From Candidatus Rokuibacteriota bacterium (GTDB taxonomy: Bacteria > Methylomirabilota > Methylomirabilia > Rokubacteriales > CSP1-6), in assembly GCA_036802765.1 (NCBI GenBank), contig DAIRVP010000002.1, forward strand, positions 4,152 through 68,151: a stretch of 64,000 nt of DNA. The letters are read 5' to 3'. The notes under the pieces were generated by a model. That model did no database searches, was not told where the DNA came from, and saw only the letters and a program-made list of their open reading frames with translations. Position 1 is the first letter of the stretch. Every line of letters begins with the position of its first letter. A program made the position numbers and the translations under genes. Shown here one piece after another: positions 1 to 9,710 of this stretch.

Positions 1-350
1 GTCACTACGAAGCCAACGCCGCGCGCCTCGTCGGGGCCGAGCATTATCGGCAGATCGGCCATCGCACCGGCTCGACGGACATGGGCGACCTGAGCATGGT
101 CATGCCGATCCTGCATCCCTATGTCGGCGGCGCCGTCGGCAGTGGCCACGGCGCGGACTATCGGATCGTCGATCCTGCGCTCGCGTACGTCACCAACGCC
201 AAGGCGCTCGCGGGTATGGCGGTCGACATGCTGGCGGAGGGCGCCGCCGGAGCACGCGACGTTCTCAAGGCCGCCAAGCCGCCGATGACGCGGGAGCAGT
301 ACCTGACGTTCCAGCGCGGGCTCGCGCGCCGCGAGACCTACGAAGGGTAG
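1..350 (+). CDS. M20-family amidohydrolase, C-terminal fragment (gene begins upstream of window)
   Basis: Reading frame is open to the window edge. The C-terminal sequence (VGGAVGSGHGADYRIVDPALAY...) resembles the M20D aminoacylase/hippurate-hydrolase C-terminus. High GC3 coding bias. Confidence 0.45.
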   Translation, partial: HYEANAARLVGAEHYRQIGHRTGSTDMGDLSMVMPILHPYVGGAVGSGHGADYRIVDPALAYVTNAKALAGMAVDMLAEGAAGARDVLKAAKPPMTREQYLTFQRGLARRETYEG

Positions 351-964
351 TGATTGCGCCGTCGCGCGTCGGCGTAGCGTGCGTCGCCATCGCGGTCCTC
401 GCCGCGATGCTCGCGTGGCGCGCGGACGGCCAGCCGCGCGCCGACGGCTCGATCGTCTGCCCGCCGGGAACCCAGCGAGGGTTCGCGGCGCGCGCGAGCG
501 GAAGCGAGGAATGGTGTGAGCGACCGGGGACCAATGCGCGCATCCTCGACGGGCCGTTCGTGTCGCGGCATGCTGACGGCGCCATCGAGACGCGTGGCGA
601 GTATCGTGACGGCAAGCCGAGTGGACCGTGGAAATCGTGGCACGCACAGTCCGGTGAAGTGATGTTCGTCGACGGCAAGCCCAACGGCATGCTCCTCGGC
701 TGGCCGAGCGGGCAGGCGAGCTTCATCGTCGGCTTTCGCGACGGGGCGCCGATGGGGTCGCTCGAGACGTTCGATGCGGCCGGTCGCATGCGGACTACGG
801 TGGACTTCGGCGCGGACGGCAGGGAGCGAAGCCGGCGCGCATGGGACGACGCTAACCACGAGATCGACCCACGCTCCGGCGAGGCCGTCGAGGCCGAGCA
901 GCGCGCGGTCGCGTCCTCGCCGCTCATCCACATGGCGCTCATGGCGGCGAGCATCGGGCGCTGA
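350..964 (+). CDS. hypothetical protein with MORN/YwqK-like repeats, N-terminal hydrophobic segment
   Basis: GTG start overlaps the upstream stop. Repeated G-x-Y/W-x-x-G motifs (GEYRDGKPSGPWKSW..VDGKPNG) as in the YwqK/MORN repeat family. Confidence 0.4.
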   Translation: MIAPSRVGVACVAIAVLAAMLAWRADGQPRADGSIVCPPGTQRGFAARASGSEEWCERPGTNARILDGPFVSRHADGAIETRGEYRDGKPSGPWKSWHAQSGEVMFVDGKPNGMLLGWPSGQASFIVGFRDGAPMGSLETFDAAGRMRTTVDFGADGRERSRRAWDDANHEIDPRSGEAVEAEQRAVASSPLIHMALMAASIGR

Positions 965-971
965 GCGGGCG

Positions 972-1772
972 ATGTACGGCAAGAGTCCCGTCGAGTTTCC
1001 CCAGCGCATCGTCTGCCTCACCGCCGAGACGACGGAGATCGCGTTCATGGTGGGCGCGGGAGATCGCGTCGTCGGCGTGCCGGGGACCGCGCGACGGCCC
1101 GAAGCCGCGCGCGAGCGGGCGCGCGTGGGCGGGTTCACGACGTTTCGTACCGATCGCATCCTCGCGCTGAAGCCCGATCTCGTGCTGGGATTCTCGGACT
1201 TGCAGCGGGACATCGTCGCAGAGCTCATCGGCGCCGGCGTCGCCGTGCTGTGCACCAATCAGCGCCGGCTCGACGAGGTGCTCGCGGCAATTTTGATGGT
1301 CGGCGGCGCGCTGGGCTGCGAGACGGCGGCGCGCGACGTCGTCGCCGACATGCGCGACGAGATCACGCAGATGCACGAGTACACCTCGGTGTGGCCGAAT
1401 CGTCCGCGCGTGTACTTCGAGGAATGGATGGATCCGCTGATCACGGGCATCGGCTGGGTCTCCGACCTGATCGAAGTGGCGGGCGGCCGCGATGTCTTCG
1501 CCGACCTGCGCGACCGGCGCTCGGCTTCGGAACGTATCGTGCCTGCCGCGGAGGTCGTGGCGCGCGAACCGCAGATCATTCTTGCCTCATGGTGCGGCAA
1601 GCCGGTTGATGTCTCCGCGATCGCCGCGCGTCCGGGTTGGGACCGGCTCCCCGCCGTCGCGACGGGCGAGATCCACGAGATCCCGGGCGAAGACGTGCTC
1701 TCGCCGGGACCGTCGCTCGTGCACGGACTGCGTCGGATCCACGAAGCGATTCAAGCCGTCCAGGCGCGCTGA
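972..1772 (+). CDS. periplasmic-binding-protein (BtuF/TroA-like) ABC transporter substrate-binding protein
   Basis: Class III PBP-like sequence (ALKPDLVLGFSDLQRD, ILASWCGKP). No clear signal peptide, so the start is uncertain. Confidence 0.5.
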   Translation: MYGKSPVEFPQRIVCLTAETTEIAFMVGAGDRVVGVPGTARRPEAARERARVGGFTTFRTDRILALKPDLVLGFSDLQRDIVAELIGAGVAVLCTNQRRLDEVLAAILMVGGALGCETAARDVVADMRDEITQMHEYTSVWPNRPRVYFEEWMDPLITGIGWVSDLIEVAGGRDVFADLRDRRSASERIVPAAEVVAREPQIILASWCGKPVDVSAIAARPGWDRLPAVATGEIHEIPGEDVLSPGPSLVHGLRRIHEAIQAVQAR

Positions 1773-1793
1773 CGGCGCTCTGGGCGGACCGGC

Positions 1794-1799
1794 TACAAT
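1794..1799 (+). promoter_or_regulatory. putative -10 box (TACAAT) upstream of tldD
   Basis: TACAAT lies 60 nt upstream of the tldD ATG in an 88-nt intergenic gap. There is a weak -35-like TGACGG 18 nt upstream. Confidence 0.25.
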
Positions 1800-1859
1800 A
1801 GATCGGTTGTAAAAGTTTGGGGCCGGCCGGCGCCGGCGGTTAGGATTGGGCCCTTCCTG

Positions 1860-3311
1860 ATGACTGATAAGGTCGAGCGTACGCATCCCGAGCGTTTCTT
1901 CTCCGACCGGTTCAACGTCACGCCCGGCCTCATGGAACGGCTGCTCGGCAGTAACCTCGCGGGCCGCGTCGACGACGCCGACATTTACCTCGAGTACCGT
2001 GTCAATGAGGAGCTGGTACTAGAGGAAAACGTTGTAAAAAAAGCGTCGCGCCATGTGAGCCAGGGCGCCGGGGTCCGCGCGCAGTCGGGAACGCGCACCG
2101 GTTACGCGCACACCGACGACCTCGCTCTGCACAATCTCGAGGAGGCGGCGCGTCAGGCGCGCGCCATCGCCGATCGCTCGGGGAAATCGGGCATCGTCGC
2201 GGTGCCCGGGCGCGGTCGGCCGCACGACCTCTATGCGCTCGCCGAGGCGCCCATCGTCACCGACCTGGCGCGCAAGCTGGACTTGCTGCGGAAGATCGAC
2301 GCGGCGTGCCGCGCGGCCGACCCGCGTGTTGTACAGGTGATCGTGTCGCTCACGAGCGAGGAAGTGGTGATGCTCATCGCCACGGCGTCCGGCTGGACCG
2401 TGGGCGACGTTCGACCGCTCACCCGGCTGAACGTAACAGTGATCGCCGAAGAGGCCGGCAAGCGTGAGATCGGCGGCTTCGGCGGCGGCGGGCGCGTCGC
2501 GTTCGATTTCTATCTCGAGGCCGAGCGCTGGAGGCGCTTCGCCGTCGAGGCCGCGCGACAGGCAACGCTCAAGCTCTCTGCCGTCGACGCGCCCGCGGGA
2601 GCGATGACGGTCGTGCTCGGCCCAGGCTGGCCCGGCATCCTGCTCCACGAAGCGATCGGGCACGGTCTGGAGGGCGATTTTAACCGCAAAGGCGTCTCGG
2701 CGTTCGCCGGACGCGTCGGTCAGAAGGTGGCCTCCGAGCTCGTCACCGTCGTTGATGACGGCACGATCGTCAATCGTCGAGGCTCGCTCAACGTCGACGA
2801 CGAGGGCACGCCGACGCGTCGCAACGTGCTCATCGAGAATGGCATCCTGCGCGGCTACATGCAGGACCGCCTCAACGCGCGGCTCATGGGTGAATCGGCC
2901 ACGGGCAACGGACGGCGCGAGTCGTACGCGCATCCGCCGCTGCCGCGGATGACGAACACGTTCATGCTCGCGGGACAGGACGACCCGGCCGACATCCTGC
3001 GCTCGGTGAAGCACGGCCTCTACGCGGTGAACTTCGGCGGCGGCCAGGTCGACATCACGAGCGGCAAGTTCGTGTTCTCCGCGAGCGAGGCCTATCTGAT
3101 CGAGGACGGCCGGGTGACGAAGCCGGTGAAGGGCGCAACGCTGATCGGCAACGGCCCTGATGCCCTCACGCGGGTCAGTCGCGTGGGGCATGACCTGGCG
3201 CTCGACGAAGGAGTCGGCACCTGCGGCAAAGACGGCCAATCGGTGCCCGTCGGCGTCGGCTTGCCGACGATCCGCCTCGACGGGATGACGGTCGGCGGGA
3301 CTGCGGTGTGA
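1860..3311 (+). CDS. tldD: metalloprotease TldD
   Basis: 483 aa with the HEAIGHGLEGDFNRKG metal-binding motif and a canonical TldD C-terminal GxC region. Directly followed by pmbA with a 4-nt overlap. Confidence 0.9.
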   Translation: MTDKVERTHPERFFSDRFNVTPGLMERLLGSNLAGRVDDADIYLEYRVNEELVLEENVVKKASRHVSQGAGVRAQSGTRTGYAHTDDLALHNLEEAARQARAIADRSGKSGIVAVPGRGRPHDLYALAEAPIVTDLARKLDLLRKIDAACRAADPRVVQVIVSLTSEEVVMLIATASGWTVGDVRPLTRLNVTVIAEEAGKREIGGFGGGGRVAFDFYLEAERWRRFAVEAARQATLKLSAVDAPAGAMTVVLGPGWPGILLHEAIGHGLEGDFNRKGVSAFAGRVGQKVASELVTVVDDGTIVNRRGSLNVDDEGTPTRRNVLIENGILRGYMQDRLNARLMGESATGNGRRESYAHPPLPRMTNTFMLAGQDDPADILRSVKHGLYAVNFGGGQVDITSGKFVFSASEAYLIEDGRVTKPVKGATLIGNGPDALTRVSRVGHDLALDEGVGTCGKDGQSVPVGVGLPTIRLDGMTVGGTAV

Positions 3312-4654
3312 CCGAGCTCGACGCCACGCTGCTGACCGACGTGCTCAAGCGCGCGACGGCGCGTGGTGCGACCGCCGCCGACGGCTTCCTCATCGAAGAG
3401 CAGTCCTTCAGCGCTTCCGTGCGCCTCGGGCAGGTCGACACGGTGACGCACTCGCGCGAGCAACGGCTGGCGCTGCGTGTGTTTGCCGGCCGCGCGTCCG
3501 CGGCCGCATCGACGTCCGACCTCTCGCGCGATTCGCTCGAGCGCGTCGTCGACGAGGCTACTGCTCTGGCGCGGGTGACCTCCGAAGATCTCCATGCGGG
3601 CCTGCCCGAAGCGCAGGAGCTGATCGAGCGCGTGCCCGACCTCGAGCTCGAGGATCACGAGGGGTCCGAGCTCACGCCGGAGGAGAAGATCGAGCTGGCG
3701 CGACGCGCCGAGGCGGCGGCGCTCGCGGCCGATCCGCGCATCACGAATTCGGAAGGCGCGGAATACTTCGATCGGCGCGCGCGTTACGCGTACGCGACCT
3801 CGCACGGCTTTGCACGCGGCTACAGCACCTCGTCGTTCGGGCTTACCGTCTCGCCGGTGGCATCGAAGGATGGCGAGATGCAGCGCGACGCATGGTACAC
3901 GTACGCGCGGCGCCGGCGCGCGCTCGAGGATGCCGAGTCGGTCGGCAAAACGGCCGCGGCGCGCGCGCTGCGCCGCCTCGGCGCGCGCAAGGTGAAGACC
4001 GCCGAGGTGCCGGTGATCTTCGATCCCGACATGGCGGCCAGCCTGCTGCGCTCGATCGCCGGCGCTGCCAGTGGCCCGAGCCTCTATCGGCGCGCCTCGT
4101 TTCTGTTCGAGCGTCTCGGTACACGCATCGCGGCGCCGACGGTGACCATCGTGGATGACGGCCTCGTTCCGGGCGCCCTCGGCTCGCGGCCGTTCGACGG
4201 CGAGGGGCTGGCGACGCGACGCACGGTGCTGGTCGGCGAGGGGAAGCTCGAGTCGTACCTGTTGGACACGTACTCGGGCCGCAAGCTAGGCCTGCCCTCG
4301 ACGCACCATGCGACGCGCGACGGCGCCGGGGTGTCGGTGGGAACGAACAACCTCATGCTGCTGACGGGTTCCGCGTCGCCCCAAGACCTCATCGGGTCAG
4401 TGAAGAGCGGCCTGTACGTCACCGAGCTCATCGGCTTCGGCATCAACGGCGTCACCGGCGACTATTCGCGCGGCGCGGCGGGGTTGTGGATCGAGGACGG
4501 TCAGCTCGCGTTCCCGGTCGAGGAGGTGACGGTCGCGGGGAACCTGCTCGAGATGTTCGAGCGGATCGATGGGATCGGCAACGATCTCGTGCTGCGCGAT
4601 CGCGTGGCGTCACCGACGCTGAAGATCGCGCGGATGGTTGTGGCGGGCGAGTAG
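3308..4654 (+). CDS. pmbA: metalloprotease PmbA/TldE
   Basis: 448 aa PmbA-like sequence lacking HExxH. Translationally coupled to tldD. Confidence 0.85.
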   Translation: MTELDATLLTDVLKRATARGATAADGFLIEEQSFSASVRLGQVDTVTHSREQRLALRVFAGRASAAASTSDLSRDSLERVVDEATALARVTSEDLHAGLPEAQELIERVPDLELEDHEGSELTPEEKIELARRAEAAALAADPRITNSEGAEYFDRRARYAYATSHGFARGYSTSSFGLTVSPVASKDGEMQRDAWYTYARRRRALEDAESVGKTAAARALRRLGARKVKTAEVPVIFDPDMAASLLRSIAGAASGPSLYRRASFLFERLGTRIAAPTVTIVDDGLVPGALGSRPFDGEGLATRRTVLVGEGKLESYLLDTYSGRKLGLPSTHHATRDGAGVSVGTNNLMLLTGSASPQDLIGSVKSGLYVTELIGFGINGVTGDYSRGAAGLWIEDGQLAFPVEEVTVAGNLLEMFERIDGIGNDLVLRDRVASPTLKIARMVVAGE

Positions 4655-5437
4655 ATGATCATCGACAGTCACTGCCACATGCACGATCCCGCGTTGCCCG
4701 ACGCGCTCGACACGCTGCGCGTGGCGCAATCGCTCGACGTCTGGGGCATCATCGCGGTCGGCTGCGACGTCGAGAGCAATGAGCGCAATCTCGCGCTCGC
4801 CGCGGCGGCGCCGAAGGCCGTGTGGGCGTGTTTCGGGTTCCATCCCGATCACGAGCTCGACGACGCCGCGCTGGAGCGCGTCGAAGCGCAGGTGGCGCAG
4901 CATCACGCGCACGTCGTGGCGCTCGGCGAGGTGGGGCTGCCGTGGTACTCGCTCGAGGGCAAGGCCGATGCCGCGGAACGCTCGGCTCGTGGCCTGGCCC
5001 GGCTCGACCGGCTGCTGGCGCTGGCCGCGCGGTACGACCTCGCCGTCTCGCTGCATGCGCCCCACGCGACCGCCCTCGACGCGTTCAACAGCCTGGAGCG
5101 CCACAACATCGAGCGCGCGGTCTTCCATTGGCACAAGGCGCCGCCCGAGGTCACGCGCCGAATCGTCGACGCCGGATATTTCGTCTCCGTGACGCCCGAG
5201 GTCGTTTACCGCGACCGTGATCGCGCCCTGGTCGAGCAGGTGGCGCTCGAGTCGCTGCTGGTCGAAAGCGACGCGCCCTGGAAGTACAGCGGCGAGTTCG
5301 CGGGCGTGGAGTCTGGACCGTGGCTGGCCGCGCGGGCAGCGGAGGAAGTCGCCAAGATCAAGCGCGAGCCGATCGACGAGGTGATGTTCCGGCTGTCGAC
5401 GAACGCCTGCCGACTCTTTCATCTCGCCTGGACGTGA
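4655..5437 (+). CDS. tatD: TatD-family metal-dependent hydrolase/DNase
   Basis: N-terminal IIDSHCHMHD motif and a TIM-barrel hydrolase pattern. Starts 1 nt after the pmbA stop. Confidence 0.85.
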   Translation: MIIDSHCHMHDPALPDALDTLRVAQSLDVWGIIAVGCDVESNERNLALAAAAPKAVWACFGFHPDHELDDAALERVEAQVAQHHAHVVALGEVGLPWYSLEGKADAAERSARGLARLDRLLALAARYDLAVSLHAPHATALDAFNSLERHNIERAVFHWHKAPPEVTRRIVDAGYFVSVTPEVVYRDRDRALVEQVALESLLVESDAPWKYSGEFAGVESGPWLAARAAEEVAKIKREPIDEVMFRLSTNACRLFHLAWT

Positions 5438-6186
5438 GTTCCGAGCGCCACTGGATCGCGCTGCCCGACGGCAAGCTGTCGCTCGTCCTGCACCTGCCCG
5501 AGACTGCGTCCCGGGTGCCGTGTGTGATCGCGTGTCACGGCTTGTCCGCCTCGAAAGACTCCGACAAGTATCTCCTGCTCGGTGAGGCGCTCCCGCAGGC
5601 CGGGCTCGCGCTGGCGCGCTTCGACTTCCGCGGCTGCGGTGAGTCCAGTGGACAGGAGCAAGACACGACGATCGCCACGCGTATCGAGGACGCCGAGGCG
5701 GTGGCGGCGCACCTCGAAAGCCATCCTCGCCTCGACGGCCGCATCGGGCTGCTCGGCTCGAGTCTGGGCGGCTTCGTCGCGCTGTTCATCGCGTCCCGTC
5801 GGCCGGGCACACCGGTGGTGACGTGGAATGCGCCGGCGAGCCTGACCGAGCTCGCCAATGACGACCTGCGTGACAATCGCGGCCTCGGCGTACCGTTCGC
5901 CATCGAATACATGGAGGGACGGTACGCGCTGGCCCCCAGTGGGGTGCCGCGCCACCTCGTCGTGCACGGCGACGCCGACGACGTCGTCTCGCTGGAACAC
6001 GGCACGCAGCTGCTCGAGCAGGCGGCCGAGCCGTGTGATCTGCTCGTGATTCCCGGCGGCGATCACCGGCTCACCGACCCCGCACATCGTGCGCAGGCCG
6101 TCGGCGCCAGCCGCGATTGGCTGAAAACATTCTTGCCGCCGACCGTTGCCGCCCGACCGTCGGGCGCGGAGGCGCCCCGACGGTGA
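5434..6186 (+). CDS. alpha/beta-hydrolase (dienelactone-hydrolase/peptidase S9-like)
   Basis: GTG start overlaps the tatD stop. GSSLGG nucleophile elbow and an HGDADDVV motif. Confidence 0.7.
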   Translation: MSSERHWIALPDGKLSLVLHLPETASRVPCVIACHGLSASKDSDKYLLLGEALPQAGLALARFDFRGCGESSGQEQDTTIATRIEDAEAVAAHLESHPRLDGRIGLLGSSLGGFVALFIASRRPGTPVVTWNAPASLTELANDDLRDNRGLGVPFAIEYMEGRYALAPSGVPRHLVVHGDADDVVSLEHGTQLLEQAAEPCDLLVIPGGDHRLTDPAHRAQAVGASRDWLKTFLPPTVAARPSGAEAPRR

Positions 6187-7325
6187 ACAAAAATAGGCTT
6201 CGCGACGAATTTCTCGAGCTGGCACGGATTCCCAGCGTGTCCAAGCGCGAGGGCAACGTCGCCAAGCGGCTGATCGCGATTCTCGAGGGCATGGGCGCCC
6301 GCGTGCAGGTGGATGACGCGGGAGAGAAGATCGGCAGCGACGTCGGCAATCTCGTGGCGCACTTTCCGGGGACGGCGCCCGAGGTCGCGCCGTTCTTGCT
6401 CTGCGGTCACATGGATACCGTGCCGCCCGCCGATCACGTTCGTCCCGTGATCGACGGCGACATCATCCGCACCGACGGCACCAGCGTGCTCGGCGGCGAC
6501 GACAAATCGGGCATCGTGGCGATCCTCGAGGCCGTGCGGCTGCTGCGCGAGCGGAACATCGCCCACGGCCCGATCGACGTGCTGTTCACGATTTGCGAAG
6601 AGCTCGGCCTGCTGGGCGCCAAGCAGTTCGACGTCGGCCGCCTCCGCGCACGCACCGGCTTGATTCTGGACTGCGACGGCGTGCACGAGCTGATCACGCG
6701 CGCGCCCGCCGCGAATCGCATACAGTTCATCGTGCACGGTCTGGAGGCGCACGCGGGACTGGCGCCGGAGCAAGGTATCAGCGCGGTGCAGGTGGCCGCG
6801 GAGGCGATTGCCGCCATGCGGCTGGGGCGTGTGGATGCCGCCACCACCGCGAACGTCGGGCGCATCGAGGGCGGGCTGGCCAGCAATATCATCCCCAACC
6901 GCGTCGTGCTCCGCGCGGAGACGCGGAGCCTGACCGTCGAAGGGCTGGAGCGACAGACGCGTCACATGGTCGGGTGTCTGGAAGTCGCCGCGGCGCGCCG
7001 GTCGGTGACCGTCGGAGGCAAGACGACGACGGCGCGCTTCGAAGCGCGCGTCGAACGAGACTACGAGCCGCTCGCCGTCGCGGACGACGCGCGAATCGTC
7101 GGGCTCGTGCGCGGTGCGGCCGAGCGCCTGTCCAAGCCGTTCCTGACGCGGTCGACGGGCGCGGCGTCGGACGCCAACGTGTTCGGCGGACGCGGGCTCG
7201 AGGTCGCCAACCTTGGTTGTGGCATGCGGCAGATCCACACGGTCAACGAGTGGGTCGACGTCAACGACATAATGGCGACGACCGAGCTGCTCGTGGAAAC
7301 GGTGCGACTACACGGCGTAGGGTGA
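6183..7325 (+). CDS. M20/M42-family peptidase (PepT/carboxypeptidase-like)
   Basis: LLCGHMDTVPP zinc-binding motif and a GGDDKSG motif. GTG start overlaps the upstream stop. Confidence 0.75.
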   Translation: MNKNRLRDEFLELARIPSVSKREGNVAKRLIAILEGMGARVQVDDAGEKIGSDVGNLVAHFPGTAPEVAPFLLCGHMDTVPPADHVRPVIDGDIIRTDGTSVLGGDDKSGIVAILEAVRLLRERNIAHGPIDVLFTICEELGLLGAKQFDVGRLRARTGLILDCDGVHELITRAPAANRIQFIVHGLEAHAGLAPEQGISAVQVAAEAIAAMRLGRVDAATTANVGRIEGGLASNIIPNRVVLRAETRSLTVEGLERQTRHMVGCLEVAAARRSVTVGGKTTTARFEARVERDYEPLAVADDARIVGLVRGAAERLSKPFLTRSTGAASDANVFGGRGLEVANLGCGMRQIHTVNEWVDVNDIMATTELLVETVRLHGVG

Positions 7326-7985
7326 GACGAGACGACTCGAGACGACCTGCGCCTCGGGCTCCGGGCAGTAGCTGAACCATTCCGGTCGCAGCATCAACAG
7401 CGGCTCCAGCTCCGGCAGCAACGCCTCCACACTGAACGCGGCCGGACTCGCGGCCGCCAGCGCTGCGCACTCGTGCACGCCCATCATGAGCGTGGAGACG
7501 CGCGGCTGCTCGAGCGAATGCGCGAGCAGGAGGTACGCCGGCTGGTAGGCGCTCACCGCGCGCTCGACGAAGTGGGCGAGCGCTGCCAACACCGGCGCCG
7601 AGCGGCCGGCGCGCGCGGTGAGCAGAAGCATGACCAGCGCCGAAGCGTGTAACGGCACTCGGCGAAACTCACGAACGACGGTGAGCGTGTGGCCGCCCGG
7701 CTCGCGCACGGCCGCGGAGGCGGGCGTCCAGGCCTCGGCGTCGTGCACGGTATAGAGCGCCAGACGCGTCGGGTCGCTCTGGCTTCGAAATCGCGAGCGC
7801 GCATGGATGCGCGGGTCACACGGATCGTCGCCGACATCGAGGCGATCCGTCGCGCCGGCCGAGCCGATCGCACGATAGAGTCTGAGACCGCGCATCCAGA
7901 CAGGTCGTGTTCGGAGCATGTGGCGGGCAAAAGCAACTCGCATGCCGCACCGCTCGTCCTCGCGCGGCGCGGAGATGCAACTCAT
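7308..7985 (-). CDS. hypothetical protein
   Basis: Strong GC3 codon bias on the minus strand with no recognisable domain. Start is uncertain (alternative ATG at about 7943). Divergent from the sensor kinase gene. Confidence 0.4.
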   Translation of the reverse strand: MSCISAPREDERCGMRVAFARHMLRTRPVWMRGLRLYRAIGSAGATDRLDVGDDPCDPRIHARSRFRSQSDPTRLALYTVHDAEAWTPASAAVREPGGHTLTVVREFRRVPLHASALVMLLLTARAGRSAPVLAALAHFVERAVSAYQPAYLLLAHSLEQPRVSTLMMGVHECAALAAASPAAFSVEALLPELEPLLMLRPEWFSYCPEPEAQVVSSRLVSPYAV

Positions 7986-8177
7986 CCCAAATTTTTCAAA
8001 CACCGAGATCGGACGGCCACGCGTCAACGGCGCGTCAGCGGTGTAAGAAACCCGACGCGGCTTGTAAGCATGGGGATTTGACGCCGCCGTCGGCGCACCA
8101 CCCATCGGTTGGGTAAACTTTTTCACAGAAAAACTCAATGGACGCTTGGGCTTACGGCGCACTCGTGTGATGATTTA

Positions 8178-9710
8178 ATGCGAGGAGCCGCGTCCCTGTC
8201 AGCTGACATCCTGTACCAGGCCGCCAACGTCATCCTCGCCGTCTCGGCGCTCGGCGTCGCGACGATGATTGTCGCCGCCGTCGGTCGGCGGCGGAACTGG
8301 CGGCCCGAGCCTCTGGCCATTGTCTTCTGCCTCGTCTTCCTCGCCGTTGGACTTCGCGCCGCGCTGCGCGTGTGGATGGCCAGTGCGTCGGGCGTTTCAC
8401 CGGTGATGGTGATTGCCGACTGGCTGGCCGCAGCCGCCGCCGTCGCGTTCCTGATGCTCTACGGCCGCTACGGCGTGTTCATCGACAACGCGGAAATGGT
8501 CCGCGACTATGCCGAGAAGGATCGCGAGGCGCGCGCGCTGGCGCAGGTCAACGAAGAGCTTCGGCGCCTCGACGAGCTGAAGTCGGAGTTCCTTGCCATG
8601 GTGAGTCATGAGCTGCGTACGCCGTTGACGGCGATCGTCGGTTACAGCCGTCTCCTTCTGCGCCAGGCGCACGGGACGCTGACGCCAAAGCAGCTGGAGC
8701 ATCAGGAGGCGATCTTCCGCGGCGCCCAGCGCCTGAACGACCTCATCAACGACCTGCTCGACGTTTCCCGACTCGAGGCCGGACGCATCGAGCTCACGCC
8801 GCGCTCGCTCGAGCTGCGCCACGTCGTCGAGCAGGTCGGCACGGTGGTGACGGCGGCGGCGCAGGCGCGCCGCATTCAGGTGCGGACGCTGCTGCCTTCG
8901 GATCTGCCGGCGGTGCAGGCGGATCCGTCGCGCCTGCAGCAGATCCTCGTCAATCTCGTCGGCAACGCCATCAAGTTCAGTACGCCCGGCGGCGAGGTGC
9001 GGATTCTCGCCGGCCGTCAGCGTGATCAGGTCTGGGTCGCAGTCGAGGACGACGGGGTCGGGATCGCGCGCGAGGAGCTGACGCGCATCTGGGATCCGTT
9101 CTATCAAGTGGAGGCGCCGATGCGCCGGCGTCATGGCGGCTCAGGTCTGGGCCTCGCCATCGTGCGCCGATTGGTCGAGCTGCACGGCGGCGTCGTGCGC
9201 GCGGAGAGCGAAGGCGAGGGTCGCGGCAGCCGCTTCACGTTCACGCTGCCGATCGCCGTCATGCCGGCCGACACCATCGCGCGCGGCGCCGAGCCGCCGA
9301 TGCCGATCGAGGCGGTGCTCGCCGGCCGCGAGGTGCTGATCGTCGAGGACGAGCGTGCCACGCAGGAGCTGATGCGCGCCGTGGTCGAGGATCTCCTCGG
9401 CGGTCGGGCGCGCATCTGCGAGAGCGGTGAGCATTGCTTGGAGCTCTCACGCGAGCGAACACCGGCGCTGGTGCTGCTCGACCTGATGCTGCCCGGCCTG
9501 AGCGGCTGGGAAGTCGCGCGGCGGCTGCGACAGGATCCGCGGACGAGTGGCGTGCCGATCATCGCCGTCTCCGCATTGTCGCGCCCCCAAGAGCGTGAGT
9601 CCGCGCTGCACGCGGGGTGTGACGCTTACGTCGCCAAGCCGTTCACGCCGGACGAGCTGGCGCGGCTGATGGCGACGACGCTCGAGACGCAGGACGTAGC
9701 CGCGCCATGA
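8178..9710 (+). CDS. membrane-bound hybrid sensor histidine kinase (TM - HisKA - HATPase - REC)
   Basis: N-terminal hydrophobic helices. HisKA H-box MVSHELRTPLTAIVGY, HATPase G-boxes, and a C-terminal receiver (VLIVEDE...DLMLPGLSGWEV). Confidence 0.8.
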   Translation: MRGAASLSADILYQAANVILAVSALGVATMIVAAVGRRRNWRPEPLAIVFCLVFLAVGLRAALRVWMASASGVSPVMVIADWLAAAAAVAFLMLYGRYGVFIDNAEMVRDYAEKDREARALAQVNEELRRLDELKSEFLAMVSHELRTPLTAIVGYSRLLLRQAHGTLTPKQLEHQEAIFRGAQRLNDLINDLLDVSRLEAGRIELTPRSLELRHVVEQVGTVVTAAAQARRIQVRTLLPSDLPAVQADPSRLQQILVNLVGNAIKFSTPGGEVRILAGRQRDQVWVAVEDDGVGIAREELTRIWDPFYQVEAPMRRRHGGSGLGLAIVRRLVELHGGVVRAESEGEGRGSRFTFTLPIAVMPADTIARGAEPPMPIEAVLAGREVLIVEDERATQELMRAVVEDLLGGRARICESGEHCLELSRERTPALVLLDLMLPGLSGWEVARRLRQDPRTSGVPIIAVSALSRPQERESALHAGCDAYVAKPFTPDELARLMATTLETQDVAAP

